Shown piece by piece: positions 37,654 to 48,233 of a stretch of 64,000 nucleotides of DNA. The DNA is from Candidatus Multivoradales bacterium (GTDB lineage: Bacteria; Acidobacteriota; Thermoanaerobaculia; Multivoradales; JAHEKO01). A model generated the notes under the pieces. It did not search any database, had not been told where the DNA came from, and was given only the letters and a program-made list of their open reading frames with translations. The translations under genes were made by a program, and so were the position numbers. Within the stretch, counting starts at the first letter, position 1; every line of letters begins with the position of its first letter. The DNA lies in the NCBI GenBank assembly GCA_965248055.1, contig CBDFIJ010000004.1, positions 896,001 through 960,000 on the forward strand. The letters run 5' to 3'.

Positions 37654-39182
37654 CAGTTGCCTCCGCCATTGGTCGCGCCGTCCTTCAAATCATCCATTCC
37701 AGCGTCAGGATCTTCTGCGGATCCCTCCACAGCATCGCCATTTTCGGGTTCATCCCCAACCGACGCTCTGGGTGAGTCCATATTCGACATTTCAAGCTCA
37801 CTGTGATCCGTTGTCGAATCGTCACTTCTGCTCTCAGCGGCAGCCGCAGAATCCACTGGATCTTCCGCCGTCATCTGCCGAATGACCGCTTGGATATTCG
37901 CTTCTGAATCGATCAGAAACTGCGATGACACCACCACCTGCTCTCCTGCCTCAAGGCCCGAGGCAATCTCGGAATAGCCCCGGCCGGAGCGACCCAACAC
38001 CACTTCCCGGGCATCAAACCGCCCACCACCCAAGGCGACGATGACGACATTTCTGCGGCCGGTGCGCAGCACCGATTGCGCCGGGACCGTCACTACCGGA
38101 GCTCCCGCTGTCGGCGACAACACGACACTGGCAAACATCCCGGGCCGCAGTCGTCCGTCACGGTTGTCGATCTCGACTTTGGCCTTCAATGTCCGGGTTT
38201 GCTCCGACAGTGAGGGCTCAAGAAACCGCACCACGCCGTAGAAGCTCTCACCGGGTAAGTAGTCCAAAGTCACTTTCGCTTCGGTCCCCAGACCGACCAC
38301 CGCCAAATGCTCCTCGAATAAATCCACCGACAACCAAAGCGACGACAAATTGGCTATGTGGTATATCTCCATACCCGGCTGCACCGCCATTCCTTCGAGT
38401 CCTGGCATGCGTTTCATCACCACTCCACTGGTCGGCGAAACCACGATCAGGGTTCGAGCGATCTCCCCGTCCTGTTCCAGCTTGGCGATCTGCCGGGGGG
38501 AAATATCCCAGTACGAGAGCCGGGTCCGGGCCGCGTCGACCAAAGCATGGGCTCGGCGTTTGGCGTCCGGCGTGTTGTCCTCGAACCTGGCGGCGTAGCG
38601 GACTGCCGAGAGCAGCTCTTGCTCGGTTTGCACCAGTTCCGGCGAGTAAATCTCGAACAGTGCCTGGCCGCGCCGCACCGGCTCGCCCACGTAATTGACG
38701 TAGACCTTCTCCACCCATCCCGAGTACTTGGGCGTCACCGTCGTCATACGTTCTGGGTCAAAACCCAGCGAACCCACGGTGCGAATTTCTTCCACCAAAT
38801 TGCGCAGCTCGACAACCTCGGTGCGCACGTTGATGTTCTGCACCACTCCAGAATCGATGGTTACCGTACTGGCGCTGCTCGGCCCAGCATCAGCAGCGCT
38901 GGCATAAACCGGAACGTAGTCCATACCCATATCGTCTTGGGTGGGCACCGGCGAAGTGATGGTGGGATCCATCGGGTTGCGGTAAAACAACACGGCGTCT
39001 TCCGGCGCTGCTATTTGCTCCCCAGTCCCTATAGGCGAAGGCTTGAACCAATCGTCCAGCGGGTGGAAATCCAATGGATCCAAGGCCAGTAGATAGAATC
39101 CAGCAAAGCCGACAGTCATCCACAAGATTGCTCCCAACCACTTGGGCATGGATCGCTCTCTGTCTTGATTTTGGTCATTCAC
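37653..39182 (-). CDS. cusB: CusB-type periplasmic adaptor (MFP)
   Basis: Met metal site YRNPMDP...DDMGMDYVPVY, YSPELVQ.EQE, LRPGMF, QFLIDSE. Start is GTG 39182 or ATG 39149. Confidence 0.9.
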   Translation of the reverse strand: MNDQNQDRERSMPKWLGAILWMTVGFAGFYLLALDPLDFHPLDDWFKPSPIGTGEQIAAPEDAVLFYRNPMDPTITSPVPTQDDMGMDYVPVYASAADAGPSSASTVTIDSGVVQNINVRTEVVELRNLVEEIRTVGSLGFDPERMTTVTPKYSGWVEKVYVNYVGEPVRRGQALFEIYSPELVQTEQELLSAVRYAARFEDNTPDAKRRAHALVDAARTRLSYWDISPRQIAKLEQDGEIARTLIVVSPTSGVVMKRMPGLEGMAVQPGMEIYHIANLSSLWLSVDLFEEHLAVVGLGTEAKVTLDYLPGESFYGVVRFLEPSLSEQTRTLKAKVEIDNRDGRLRPGMFASVVLSPTAGAPVVTVPAQSVLRTGRRNVVIVALGGGRFDAREVVLGRSGRGYSEIASGLEAGEQVVVSSQFLIDSEANIQAVIRQMTAEDPVDSAAAAESRSDDSTTDHSELEMSNMDSPRASVGDEPENGDAVEGSAEDPDAGMDDLKDGATNGGGN

Positions 39183-40636
39183 GAGGCACACTCCTGGGCA
39201 ACATTAAAATCCGCCGCAGTCACCCTGGACAACGAAGTACCTAGGGAGCCTTCCAAGCGCGCCAGATCAATTTCATAGTCTGCGCGGGCGCGGACAATCG
39301 CACTGTGAGCTTCAAAAAGAACGTGTTCAGCGTGCAGCAAGTCGAGCACGGAAGATCGCCCCACAACGTAGCTCGCCCGCGCCGATGCCAATGATTCTTG
39401 CGATTGGACGAGGAGTAGATCCTCAGCAACCCGCAGCCGTCGCCACGCCAAGGGGATGCTAGCCAGCAACTCTTCTACCTCAGCCTGAATTGCAGCCTCG
39501 ACCACTTCCCTGTCCGTAACGGCGACCACGCGCTGCTGCTCTGTCGCCGCAATGCGGGCAGCACTTTGTCGTCGACGTACCGGAAGTTGTACTCGGCCTA
39601 GGAACGCCACAATGTCATCGCCGTTGTCTTCTGGTGGGAAGAGCTGACCAGCTCGGTCATCTCGATCTCCAACCACGGTATAGCCAAGCCCCAGAGACAG
39701 CTCTAACTGTTCGGCCTTCTCAGCCAATTCGACGGAGGCTGTTGCCGCTTCAATACTGGCATCCACCACCTGTAGTTCAGGGCGGCACAAGCGAGCAACC
39801 TGAAGCCATTGATCTGCCTGGCTGGGGTCGATCTCCAAGCTGCCTTCAATTGGACGGTCGGAAGGCTCGTCGACCCCGAGCATGCCGACTGCCAGTGGTT
39901 TACGTTCAACTCGAACGCTCCCCCTTCGCCGCCGAAGCTGATTCACTCGCGTCGATAGCGACGACTCTCGAGCCTTGAGCAAGAGCAGCTGGTTCTCAAC
40001 CTCAGATATCTCCGCATGCAGCTTGAGTACATCCTGGCCTCGGCCGACCCCGGTGGAATAGCGCGCACGGGCCAGCTCTTCGTGCTGATCCAAGTGCTCC
40101 TGTTTGTGCATCAATATCTTCTGTTGATGGTCAACAAAGAGCAGCTCGTAGTAAAGCTCCCGAGCACGAGTGATCAATTGCAACGCCGTCATTTCCCGGC
40201 GATAACGCGACCCCAAGGACTTTGCAGCAGCGACTCTTCGTTCCAAAGCACGCGTTCCGCGCCGGGGCAGCGTTTGCATCACTGAGATATTGCCGATCTG
40301 AGGTCCAGTTCTGGTTTCAGGACTGGATACAAAGAGCGACCAATCAATGATCGGATCGTCGAAAAGTGCCACGGTCAATGCCAACTTCTCGTTCAGCCTA
40401 ATCTCCGCCGTAGCAAATTCTAGGTGTGGATTGGCCGCCACAACTTCGCGCAGCAGATTCCGCAATAGCGAATCCTCGACCGCGTTGACCACCATCACCG
40501 CCCGGGACCTGGTGCCCTCCAGAGGCCCAGTGCTACCTTGAGATGGCGTGCCCTCTCGTTCGTCTCCCAGAGCAGCTATTGCCCCCAACTGGGAGATCAA
40601 GATTAATCCTGCAGCAACGACAGCAAATTTGCCCAT
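39179..40636 (-). CDS. TolC-family outer membrane efflux protein
   Basis: Signal peptide, ANP.L, ARARY..G, RPEL, DLL.AE; located directly upstream of cusBA. Confidence 0.85.
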   Translation of the reverse strand: MGKFAVVAAGLILISQLGAIAALGDEREGTPSQGSTGPLEGTRSRAVMVVNAVEDSLLRNLLREVVAANPHLEFATAEIRLNEKLALTVALFDDPIIDWSLFVSSPETRTGPQIGNISVMQTLPRRGTRALERRVAAAKSLGSRYRREMTALQLITRARELYYELLFVDHQQKILMHKQEHLDQHEELARARYSTGVGRGQDVLKLHAEISEVENQLLLLKARESSLSTRVNQLRRRRGSVRVERKPLAVGMLGVDEPSDRPIEGSLEIDPSQADQWLQVARLCRPELQVVDASIEAATASVELAEKAEQLELSLGLGYTVVGDRDDRAGQLFPPEDNGDDIVAFLGRVQLPVRRRQSAARIAATEQQRVVAVTDREVVEAAIQAEVEELLASIPLAWRRLRVAEDLLLVQSQESLASARASYVVGRSSVLDLLHAEHVLFEAHSAIVRARADYEIDLARLEGSLGTSLSRVTAADFNVAQECAS

Positions 40637-40700
40637 GATGCCTCCGTACCGGTTGGTTCACCCACAGAGCGTGGGTAAACGGACTCCAACCGAAGAGGAA

Positions 40701-41111
40701 TCAGAGCAGCAAACTGGAATACAGGTGGGGGTGATTGATGCTAGGAATCAGCGAAACGTCAGTGTTCGCCAACAAGCGGTTGGGGCGATTCGGCTGAGCC
40801 ATCGGCAGTTCTGCCTGCGGCGAGCTGGTGGCCACTGGGTCAGCGAGAGAGGCCACCACGATCGGACCTTCGCTCGGGTCGATGTCACAACAATCCATCG
40901 ACTGCTTGGCCATCCCGTGGCAGTCGGTGGTCGGCATCGCCTCCGCAACACCCAAACCCGAGTGGCTCATCTGCGAAACCGCGGAACTCATCGGGCAGCC
41001 CTGCATCATCGTGGTTCCCATACACAGGGGTATCGCCAAGCCTGCGATCATGATCACCATGGCAGTAACCACAACAATCCCGCTAACTGTGCCGTGTCTC
41101 AACAAACTCAT
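40701..41111 (-). CDS. Small Met/Cys-rich protein preceding the cus operon
   Basis: One hydrophobic helix followed by CM...GCPM...DCHGM...MDCC and a hydrophobic C-terminus. Confidence 0.65.
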   Translation of the reverse strand: MSLLRHGTVSGIVVVTAMVIMIAGLAIPLCMGTTMMQGCPMSSAVSQMSHSGLGVAEAMPTTDCHGMAKQSMDCCDIDPSEGPIVVASLADPVATSSPQAELPMAQPNRPNRLLANTDVSLIPSINHPHLYSSLLL

Positions 41112-41344
41112 CAGCAATCAGTATTCATTCTCAAGCATTTCAGGTCAAGAGCAACCGTCTTCGCTGGGAGATACGAAGTTCAGCCACCGCTAGCCCTACC
41201 GAGCGCTCCCGTCGAATACCATTGCACCCATGCCAGCGATGCTGAAGAATCACTTCTTCGCCGCAACTTCAATCCCTTGGCCTTCGCAATGCTCCAACCA
41301 AGATCCCTACCAACCCGAATTGAACACAACGGAGTCCTTGGCAA

Positions 41345-42544
41345 ATGAGGTTGGCTGTTCTGTCCCGCGCACCGCGCTGTTACAGCACGCGCCGCCTGGC
41401 GCAAACCGCGGTGAATCGTGGCCATCAAGTGGATGTACTCGACATTCTCAGCATGTCCATTTCCCTGGAACAAGGGATCCCCGATCTTTTCTACCGCGGA
41501 TTACCGCTGCCCGAGTACGATGCGGTGATTCCACGCATCGGCGCTTCGATGACCTTCTACGGCACTGCTGTGGTGCGGCAATTTGAGCAAATGGGGGTCT
41601 TTTGCGCCAACTCTGCGACTGCGATTTCCGACTCCCGGGACAAACTGCGTTCTCTGCAGATCCTCAGTCGTCATGACATCGGCATTCCGCTCACCGAGTT
41701 TGTTCGTCGGCGCAGCGACGTGCTCCCAGCCATCGAACGGGTGGGGGGAGCTCCGGTGGTGATCAAACTGCTGGAGGGGACCCAAGGGGTGGGCGTGATT
41801 CTCGCCGACACGGTCGATGTCGCCAGTGCAGTCATTGAGACCTTGCACAGCGCTCGTCAACACGTTTTGATCCAGAAGTTCGTCGCCGAGAGCAAGGGAC
41901 GCGACATCCGCGCCTTTGTGGTTGGTGATCGGGTAGTTGCCGCCGAACGCCGGATTGCCCAAGGGGGCGAATTTCGTAGCAACATCCACCGCGGCGGCAA
42001 AGCGGAACCAGTCTATCTCGATGAGCAATACGAAAAGACCGCGGTCAGCTCAGCCCAGATCCTGGGACTGCGCGTGGCCGGCGTCGACATGCTGGAGACC
42101 TCGACCGGGCCCCAAGTCATGGAGGTCAACTCTTCGCCAGGCCTGGAAGGAATCGAGAAAGCCACGCGGATTGACGTTGCGCGAGCGATCGTTGAGTACA
42201 TCCAGGAGCACGTCGCGATCCCAGAACTAGATCTACGCCAGCGCTTGACCGTCAGCCGCGGCTACGGCGTAGTCGAATTTCCGGTCGGGCAAATGTCAGG
42301 GCTCGAAGGCAAGACCATCGACCAGTGCGGCTTGCGCGGTCGGGACGGACGGGTCTTGACTCTGCACCGTGAGGGCAAAGTGATCCCCAACCCTCTTGGG
42401 TCCCGCGTTCTGGAGCACAACGACCGGCTGCTTTGCTTCGGCAAGTTGGAGTTCCTCAAAAGCTTCCTACCCGACGTCAAACCGTCGCGCATTCGCAAGC
42501 TACCGACAACGCCCGAAAACGCCACAGACCCTGAAAGATCCTAA
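41345..42544 (+). CDS. rimK: RimK-family alpha-L-glutamate ligase with C-terminal TrkA-C domain
   Basis: YSTRRL, IPRIGAS.TFYG, KLLEGTQGVGV, FRSN.HRGG, EVNSSPGLEGIE; C-terminal TrkA-C (PNP...L..ND.LL.FG). Confidence 0.9.
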   Translation: MRLAVLSRAPRCYSTRRLAQTAVNRGHQVDVLDILSMSISLEQGIPDLFYRGLPLPEYDAVIPRIGASMTFYGTAVVRQFEQMGVFCANSATAISDSRDKLRSLQILSRHDIGIPLTEFVRRRSDVLPAIERVGGAPVVIKLLEGTQGVGVILADTVDVASAVIETLHSARQHVLIQKFVAESKGRDIRAFVVGDRVVAAERRIAQGGEFRSNIHRGGKAEPVYLDEQYEKTAVSSAQILGLRVAGVDMLETSTGPQVMEVNSSPGLEGIEKATRIDVARAIVEYIQEHVAIPELDLRQRLTVSRGYGVVEFPVGQMSGLEGKTIDQCGLRGRDGRVLTLHREGKVIPNPLGSRVLEHNDRLLCFGKLEFLKSFLPDVKPSRIRKLPTTPENATDPERS

Positions 42545-42545
42545 T

Positions 42546-43631
42546 TTGCGCAAGAAAAAGAAAATCGAACTCGCCGGAATAGGCATTGTTCCCGGTACAA
42601 CCCACGATCTGTCGATCACCATTTCCCAGAGCTACGCCGGCGCCGATACCTCGCTGCCCTTTCGCGTCGTTCGCGGCAAGAAATCTGGACCGGTGGTGCT
42701 GCTGACAGCGGCGATTCACGGCGATGAGCTCAACGGAACTGGGATCATCCGGGAGTTGCTACTCAATCCTCCGTTTGTGGTTGAAGCGGGAACCCTAGTT
42801 CTGGTGCCGGTGGTCAATATTCCCGGCTTGGAGCGAAAAACCCGCTATATGCCCGACCGACGGGATCTCAACCGCAACTTTCCGGGCACCGCATCCGGCA
42901 GCTATACCCGCCGCGTCGCCCACACCGTTTTCCAACAATTGGTGTCCAAAGCCGACTACTGCATCGACTTCCACACTGCCGCGGTACAACGAACCAACTT
43001 TCCCAATGTTCGCGGCGATCTGGACAACCCCAAGGTCGATCGCTTGGCGATCGCGTTTGGTAGTAACTTGGTCGTACAGAGCCACGGGATCCCCGGTACC
43101 TTGCGACGCAGCGCCACCGAGGCTGGACACGCGACCATCCTGGTCGAGGCCGGCGAGGTATGGAAGATCGAACCGGCGGTGGTCGAGTTCGGAGTGCGCG
43201 GTGTGTACAACGTCTTGGTGAAGCTAGGGATGGTCGCAGGGAAGCGCCAGGTACCAGCCTACCAAGCACGGGTCGAGGCCACCAAGTGGTTGCGTTCGGA
43301 TGTTGGCGGTCTACTCCAATTCCACACCTCGTTGGGAGACGTGGTCGAAGAAGGCCAACCGATCGCCACCTGCTCTACCCTGTTGGGTGTAGAACGCGGT
43401 CGAGTGGTCGCACCCAAAGACGGTGTCATCCTCTCCCTGACCACTCTACCGACCGTCAAACCTGGCGATCCGGTGTGTAACTTCGCCTTGCCCGCCAAGG
43501 GCATTGGGCGGATCCGAAACAGACTCCAAAAACTCCCGGAAGACAGCCTTCATGGCCGACTTCGCGACGACCTAGGAAGCAGCATTGCGGTTGCCCAGCC
43601 AGCAGCACCCGGCGGCGATCGCGATGGGTAG
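42546..43631 (+). CDS. Succinylglutamate desuccinylase/aspartoacylase (M14) family protein
   Basis: AAIHGDELNG, RDLNRNFPG, IDFHT, EAGE and a biotinyl-like tail. Probable TTG start at 42546. Confidence 0.88.
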   Translation: MRKKKKIELAGIGIVPGTTHDLSITISQSYAGADTSLPFRVVRGKKSGPVVLLTAAIHGDELNGTGIIRELLLNPPFVVEAGTLVLVPVVNIPGLERKTRYMPDRRDLNRNFPGTASGSYTRRVAHTVFQQLVSKADYCIDFHTAAVQRTNFPNVRGDLDNPKVDRLAIAFGSNLVVQSHGIPGTLRRSATEAGHATILVEAGEVWKIEPAVVEFGVRGVYNVLVKLGMVAGKRQVPAYQARVEATKWLRSDVGGLLQFHTSLGDVVEEGQPIATCSTLLGVERGRVVAPKDGVILSLTTLPTVKPGDPVCNFALPAKGIGRIRNRLQKLPEDSLHGRLRDDLGSSIAVAQPAAPGGDRDG

Positions 43632-43691
43632 CGGCCCCCTGATCAGCGAACCAGCAAGCAACCCGGCGCCGACGCAATTAGGGCGCGAATC

Positions 43692-44080
43692 AAGCTGACT
43701 GGCTTCGTCTGCCTGTTTGCACTGATCGCCCTGTTGCCGATCTCCCCGCGCTACCTGCATCTCCAGACACGAGATTGGACCGACCTAACCCTGGTGGTCC
43801 ACTCCACGCCACCAATCATCAGATTGCCTGGCAGGTTTTCAATCACACGGTTCTGATCTTGGTTACCTGCTATTACGTTGGCAAGAATCTCATCTCTGAT
43901 CCAACCCGATGGAGAGGTATGGCCATCACCATTGTCGGAATCTGCCCCGAACGATTCGAGAAACTCACCCGCTGGACGGCAGCGGCACGCCTGATCCACG
44001 AAGCCCTACATACCGCTGGTATGACCGAACAGCCTCCGACCCAAACGCGTTGACCTCGCGTCAGCCCATCGCCAGCCGCC
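43692..44080 (+). pseudogene. Degraded gene with HExxH zincin-like motif
   Basis: LIHEALH.AGM.EQPP continues as PNALTSRQ only after a frameshift. A signal-like hydrophobic stretch upstream lies in another frame. Confidence 0.5.
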
Positions 44081-44099
44081 AATCCTGTACCCTCGGGCA

Positions 44100-45698
44100 A
44101 TGCTCAACAGCTCACCACAAAGACGCTTCCGCGTCGCTTTCGCAGTCACCACGGTCTCAGTAATCGTTGGATGCGCGCAACAAGAAACGAAGAATCGCGA
44201 ACGACCCACGTCGGAAATAGCCGTGGTCGAAGCCACCATCGCAGAACTACAAACGGCGATGCGCGAGGGCGATCTCTCCTGCCGCCAGATTGTTCAGAGC
44301 TATCTCGACAGGATCGATACTTACGACCAATCCACTGGCCTCAACGCCATCTCGATGCTCAACCCACACGCACTGGAACGTGCCAACGAGATCGACACTC
44401 TACTCGCTGCGGGAGGCTCGTTGGGGCCGCTGTTTTGCGCACCGATCCTGGTCAAAGACAACTTTGACACGCACGATCTACCAACCACCGGCGGCTCGAT
44501 CGTGCTCGCCGACAGCCTGCCGCCCGACGACGCTTTCATGGTGCGCAAGTTGCGGGAAGCTGACGCAATCGTGCTGGCCAAGACCAACATGGCCGAGTGG
44601 GCCTTCAGCCCACGCCGTACCGAGAGTTCCACCCGAGGCATTACCGCTAACGCCTATGCATTGGATCGCGTTCCGGCTGGTTCCAGTGGCGGCACGGCAT
44701 CCGGGGTGGCAGCCAGCCTCGGCGTCGCCGGCATGGGCAGCGACACCGGCAATTCCATCCGCGGCCCCTCCTCACACCTAGCTTTGTTTGGCATTCGTTC
44801 GACCATCGGCCTCACCAGCCGCGACGGCGTTATTCCTTTGGCATTCGACCGCGACATCGCCGGCCCGATGACCCGTACTGTGGAGGACGGTGTGCGGATC
44901 TTTGACGTGATCGCCGGACACGACCCCAACGATCCGGCAACCGAGCCGGACAAACGAGAAAACGACTATCTAGTCTTTCTCAACGCCGATGGCTTGAAGG
45001 GCGCTCGCCTGGGGGTCTTGCGTGCTTTGGCAGATCCAGATGACAGCGATTCCGAAGTCCTAGCCTTGTTCGACAAGGCGATTCAGGACCTGGCCACCGC
45101 CGGTGCCAAGATCGTCGACCCGATCACCATTCCCAACCTCGACGCGCATTTCGAGGCTGACCCCTACTGCCCGCGCTTTCGCTACGACGTCCACCAGTAC
45201 TTGAAGTCCTTGGGTGATCAGGCACCTTTGCTGGACGTGATGCAGGCGCATGAGAGCGGCCGCGCTTCGGCCTACACGCAGCCGGCCTTTGAGTTCTACG
45301 GCACCGGTTCGTTTGACGTCGCACCCGAAGATTGGCCGGAACCCTGTGCGTTCTACCTCGATCACCCCGCTCGACGCGCGTTCCACGATGACGTCCTGGT
45401 GGCGATGGACGCTGCCGAGGTCGATGCCCTGCTCTACCCCACTTGGACCCACCCACCGGCCGATCTGGACCAGCCTATCGAGGGCTACAAAGGCGACAAC
45501 AGCCAACTGATCGCCCCTGCCACCGGTATGCCCGCAGTCACCGTGCCGATGGGAGCCAGCTACGGCGCCTTACCGGCGGGACTACAGATCCTCGGGCGCC
45601 GCTACGCTGAGGGTACGCTGATCGAAATCGCCTACGGTTTTGAGCAGGCGACTCATCACCGCCGCCCCCCCGATCTCTTCCCGCCATTGACGCCTTGA
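44100..45698 (+). CDS. Amidase signature family lipoprotein
   Basis: VKDN, KTNMAEW, GSSGG, GSDTGNSIRGP; lipobox IVGC. Confidence 0.92.
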   Translation: MLNSSPQRRFRVAFAVTTVSVIVGCAQQETKNRERPTSEIAVVEATIAELQTAMREGDLSCRQIVQSYLDRIDTYDQSTGLNAISMLNPHALERANEIDTLLAAGGSLGPLFCAPILVKDNFDTHDLPTTGGSIVLADSLPPDDAFMVRKLREADAIVLAKTNMAEWAFSPRRTESSTRGITANAYALDRVPAGSSGGTASGVAASLGVAGMGSDTGNSIRGPSSHLALFGIRSTIGLTSRDGVIPLAFDRDIAGPMTRTVEDGVRIFDVIAGHDPNDPATEPDKRENDYLVFLNADGLKGARLGVLRALADPDDSDSEVLALFDKAIQDLATAGAKIVDPITIPNLDAHFEADPYCPRFRYDVHQYLKSLGDQAPLLDVMQAHESGRASAYTQPAFEFYGTGSFDVAPEDWPEPCAFYLDHPARRAFHDDVLVAMDAAEVDALLYPTWTHPPADLDQPIEGYKGDNSQLIAPATGMPAVTVPMGASYGALPAGLQILGRRYAEGTLIEIAYGFEQATHHRRPPDLFPPLTP

Positions 45699-45807
45699 CT
45701 GCAACGACAGTTTTCCAGGAGCTAGGGTAAACCTCAGAGCTGTCTTCAAGGTTAATATCCCCGTTAGCGACCTGACGCGAGGTTGGGTCTGGACTGCCAG
45801 CTCTTAA

Positions 45808-46524
45808 GTGACGAAATCTCAGCGAACCAGACAGAAGCTCAGGATGCGCGCAATCCGTCGCGCGGTCGTCGCCGTTGTGACGATCCTCATCGGACTGTTG
45901 TATCTGCAATGCGCCCCCGCCAACTACAACCTCGCCGAGCCTTTGGATCTCACTGACAAGCCTACCTTCGTTACCGAATGGAAGCTGCAGTTCGCCAACA
46001 CCGACCAATGCTACGCGGCTCTGCAGAATGCAGGTGTTGAGATCGAGCGTTTACCGGATGAAGTCAAGGGTCCAGGCTGCGAATTCGAAGGCGTTGGCCG
46101 ACTCGATCAATCCCTCGCCACTTGGGGCAAAGACGTTACTTTGACTTGTCCGATGCTCGCCGGGGTTGCTCTGTGGGAGCGGCACGCGCTGCAGCCTTTG
46201 GCTCAAGAGATGCTCGGCTCTAGGGTCGCTCAAGTCCGCCACTACGGTACTTACTCCTGCCGCAACATCAACAACGAGCGCAACGGGCGACGCAGCGAGC
46301 ACGCCACTGCCAACGCCTTCGACATCGCCGGTTTCGTTCTCGCCAACGGCGAGGAAGTTAGCGTCCTCAGAGACTGGGGCAAGAGGTCACCCAAAGGTCG
46401 TTTTCTAGATCGTATTCACGACCGAGCTTGCGATCATTTCAACGCCGTTCTCGGCCCCGACTACAACACCCTCCATAGGGATCATTTCCATTTCGATCAG
46501 GGGAGCTACGAAACCTGCAGTTGA
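45808..46524 (+). CDS. Extensin-like C-terminal domain protein
   Basis: GTYSCR, SEHATANAFDI, LGPDYN..H.DHFHFD. Confidence 0.88.
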   Translation: MTKSQRTRQKLRMRAIRRAVVAVVTILIGLLYLQCAPANYNLAEPLDLTDKPTFVTEWKLQFANTDQCYAALQNAGVEIERLPDEVKGPGCEFEGVGRLDQSLATWGKDVTLTCPMLAGVALWERHALQPLAQEMLGSRVAQVRHYGTYSCRNINNERNGRRSEHATANAFDIAGFVLANGEEVSVLRDWGKRSPKGRFLDRIHDRACDHFNAVLGPDYNTLHRDHFHFDQGSYETCS

Positions 46525-46841
46525 TTTGATTTTCGACCATGGGATCGCAGCTCAAACCGTCGCCCAGCGCTCCGATCCGTCCCTGCGAGTAGTTGGCGAA
46601 AACGCTCAGTACCCCGAATCTGGTCGTAAGCCGAGTCGCCCAGAAAAAGATGGTACGGACTAAAGCTTTCTTCAAAAGCCCGCTCGAACCAACCCAGAGC
46701 TTCTTCGCTCTCACCCAAGCCAAGATGAACCCAGGCATAGCACAAGAAGGAAACGTACTCGGTCTCGGGCTTCTGCCGTAACTCATCCAGGATGTCGAGA
46801 GTCTCCACGCGATTTCCATCAAGCGCATGGACGTGTGCCAA
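46506..46841 (-). pseudogene. C-terminal TPR fragment of a larger protein
   Basis: AWVHLGLGE.EEALGWFERA...YDQIR...RF..LL resembles a TPR-protein C-terminus; no N-terminal part is present. Confidence 0.55.
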
Positions 46842-46915
46842 GTGTCTCAGCTACGTTGGCAGATAGGGGAGGCCGAGGACGATCAGAGCTGCCGTCCACC
46901 ACGGAGACCGGGCAC

Positions 46916-47173
46916 TCACAGAACGTCTCGCAACTTCATTTCACCAGCGAATCGGCGAAGCTCGCCTATCCGATTGGACAGATAGGGGCGCCCGGAAAAG
47001 TACTCGCTTAGTTGTGTCATCGGATCCTCCAGGGCTGCTTCAGCCCTCTTCAAGTACTTCTCGACATCAAGTTCTTGTCCCCAGAAATGAACCTTCACAA
47101 GAGCGCTGACTGCCGCTTCTAGGCTTCTACACGCCAGCAACCCCGCACGGTCGGCCGTGTATTCAGCCTTCAA
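46916..47173 (-). pseudogene. C-terminal fragment of an M48-family peptidase
   Basis: EYTADRAGLLAC, SALVK, P.L..RI..L. Lacks the HExxH region and lies next to the IS481. Confidence 0.6.
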
Positions 47174-47227
47174 TGTTGTTCGCTCGGTTTATCACAAGCG
47201 AGAGAAGTGTACTCAGGAAACACCTAC

Positions 47228-48205
47228 CTAACAAGAAAGTGTATGCGTCCATGACATTTGGCACTGATCGGTATGTTCAGCTACGTATTGTAGCGGTGGT
47301 CTTTGTCCGTGGCTCCAGTGGGGCCTTTCGGCGTTAAACCAGAGCATCCAGTCGAAGAGTTTTTGGTTGAAAGCTTGGAGGTCAGTGAAGAGCAAGTCTT
47401 CGTTGTAGTCAACGAATTTCTCTTGGATGGTTCGATTGAATCTCTCGGCTTGGGCGTTCATCTTCGGGCACCTGGGGTAGGTGTACCAGCGTTTGATTCC
47501 AGCCTCAGCAGCTTTCTTGTCGAAGGCTCCTTGAAACTCACTACCGTTGTCTGAGAGCACCGTAGTAACAGCAAATGGCAAGACATCAAGGCTCAGGTCC
47601 AGAAAGCGCGCTGCCGTGCTCGAGGTGTGGGAGTTGGTGGCTATTGCCAGACTCATGCTGCTGGCGGCATCGGTCAGAGTGATCAAGTACCGGCGTTGGC
47701 CATCACAGAATCGCTCGATGGTATCTACTGCCACCCACTGGCCAGGCGAGCATGCCTTGGTTCCTTTAGGTTTGCGAGGCTTACGCTTTCGTTTTGCTTT
47801 CACTCGACCCAGGCGATCAATCCTTTGAGGCACCAAGCGCATCTTGTCGGGAGCATCGCCAATGATGCGGCCGATGGTGCTCACCGAGGGGCAGGTAATT
47901 CCCCTTACTTCACACCAGGGTTTCAACAGCGGATAGATCTTGTCCTTGCCAAGATTGGGCTCTTTGACCCGCAATCGACCGATCTCAGAGACCACCTCAG
48001 CTGGCCACTTGCGCCGTCTTCTTTTCTTCGGAGCTGTTGATTGAGGGTTTAGAGAGGTTAGCTCTCCTTTGCACCTACCAAGACGAGACTTCCAGCGGTA
48101 CAGAGTCCTCCGGCTGACCGAAAATGCATCGATCGCTGCATCGATCCCATGCTCCTGCCAGAATCTCAATGCGCGGATACGTTTCTCAGCGCTATCTTGG
48201 GTCAT
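47228..48205 (-). CDS. IS481-family DDE transposase, N-terminally truncated (original start 49716)
   Basis: HTH SRRTLYRW; DDE VAVDT / SDNGSEF / AERFNRT; FNAERPH. Confidence 0.88.
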   Translation of the reverse strand: MTQDSAEKRIRALRFWQEHGIDAAIDAFSVSRRTLYRWKSRLGRCKGELTSLNPQSTAPKKRRRRKWPAEVVSEIGRLRVKEPNLGKDKIYPLLKPWCEVRGITCPSVSTIGRIIGDAPDKMRLVPQRIDRLGRVKAKRKRKPRKPKGTKACSPGQWVAVDTIERFCDGQRRYLITLTDAASSMSLAIATNSHTSSTAARFLDLSLDVLPFAVTTVLSDNGSEFQGAFDKKAAEAGIKRWYTYPRCPKMNAQAERFNRTIQEKFVDYNEDLLFTDLQAFNQKLFDWMLWFNAERPHWSHGQRPPLQYVAEHTDQCQMSWTHTLSC

Positions 48206-48233
48206 GACCCAAGATACCCCTAGATGACGAAGA

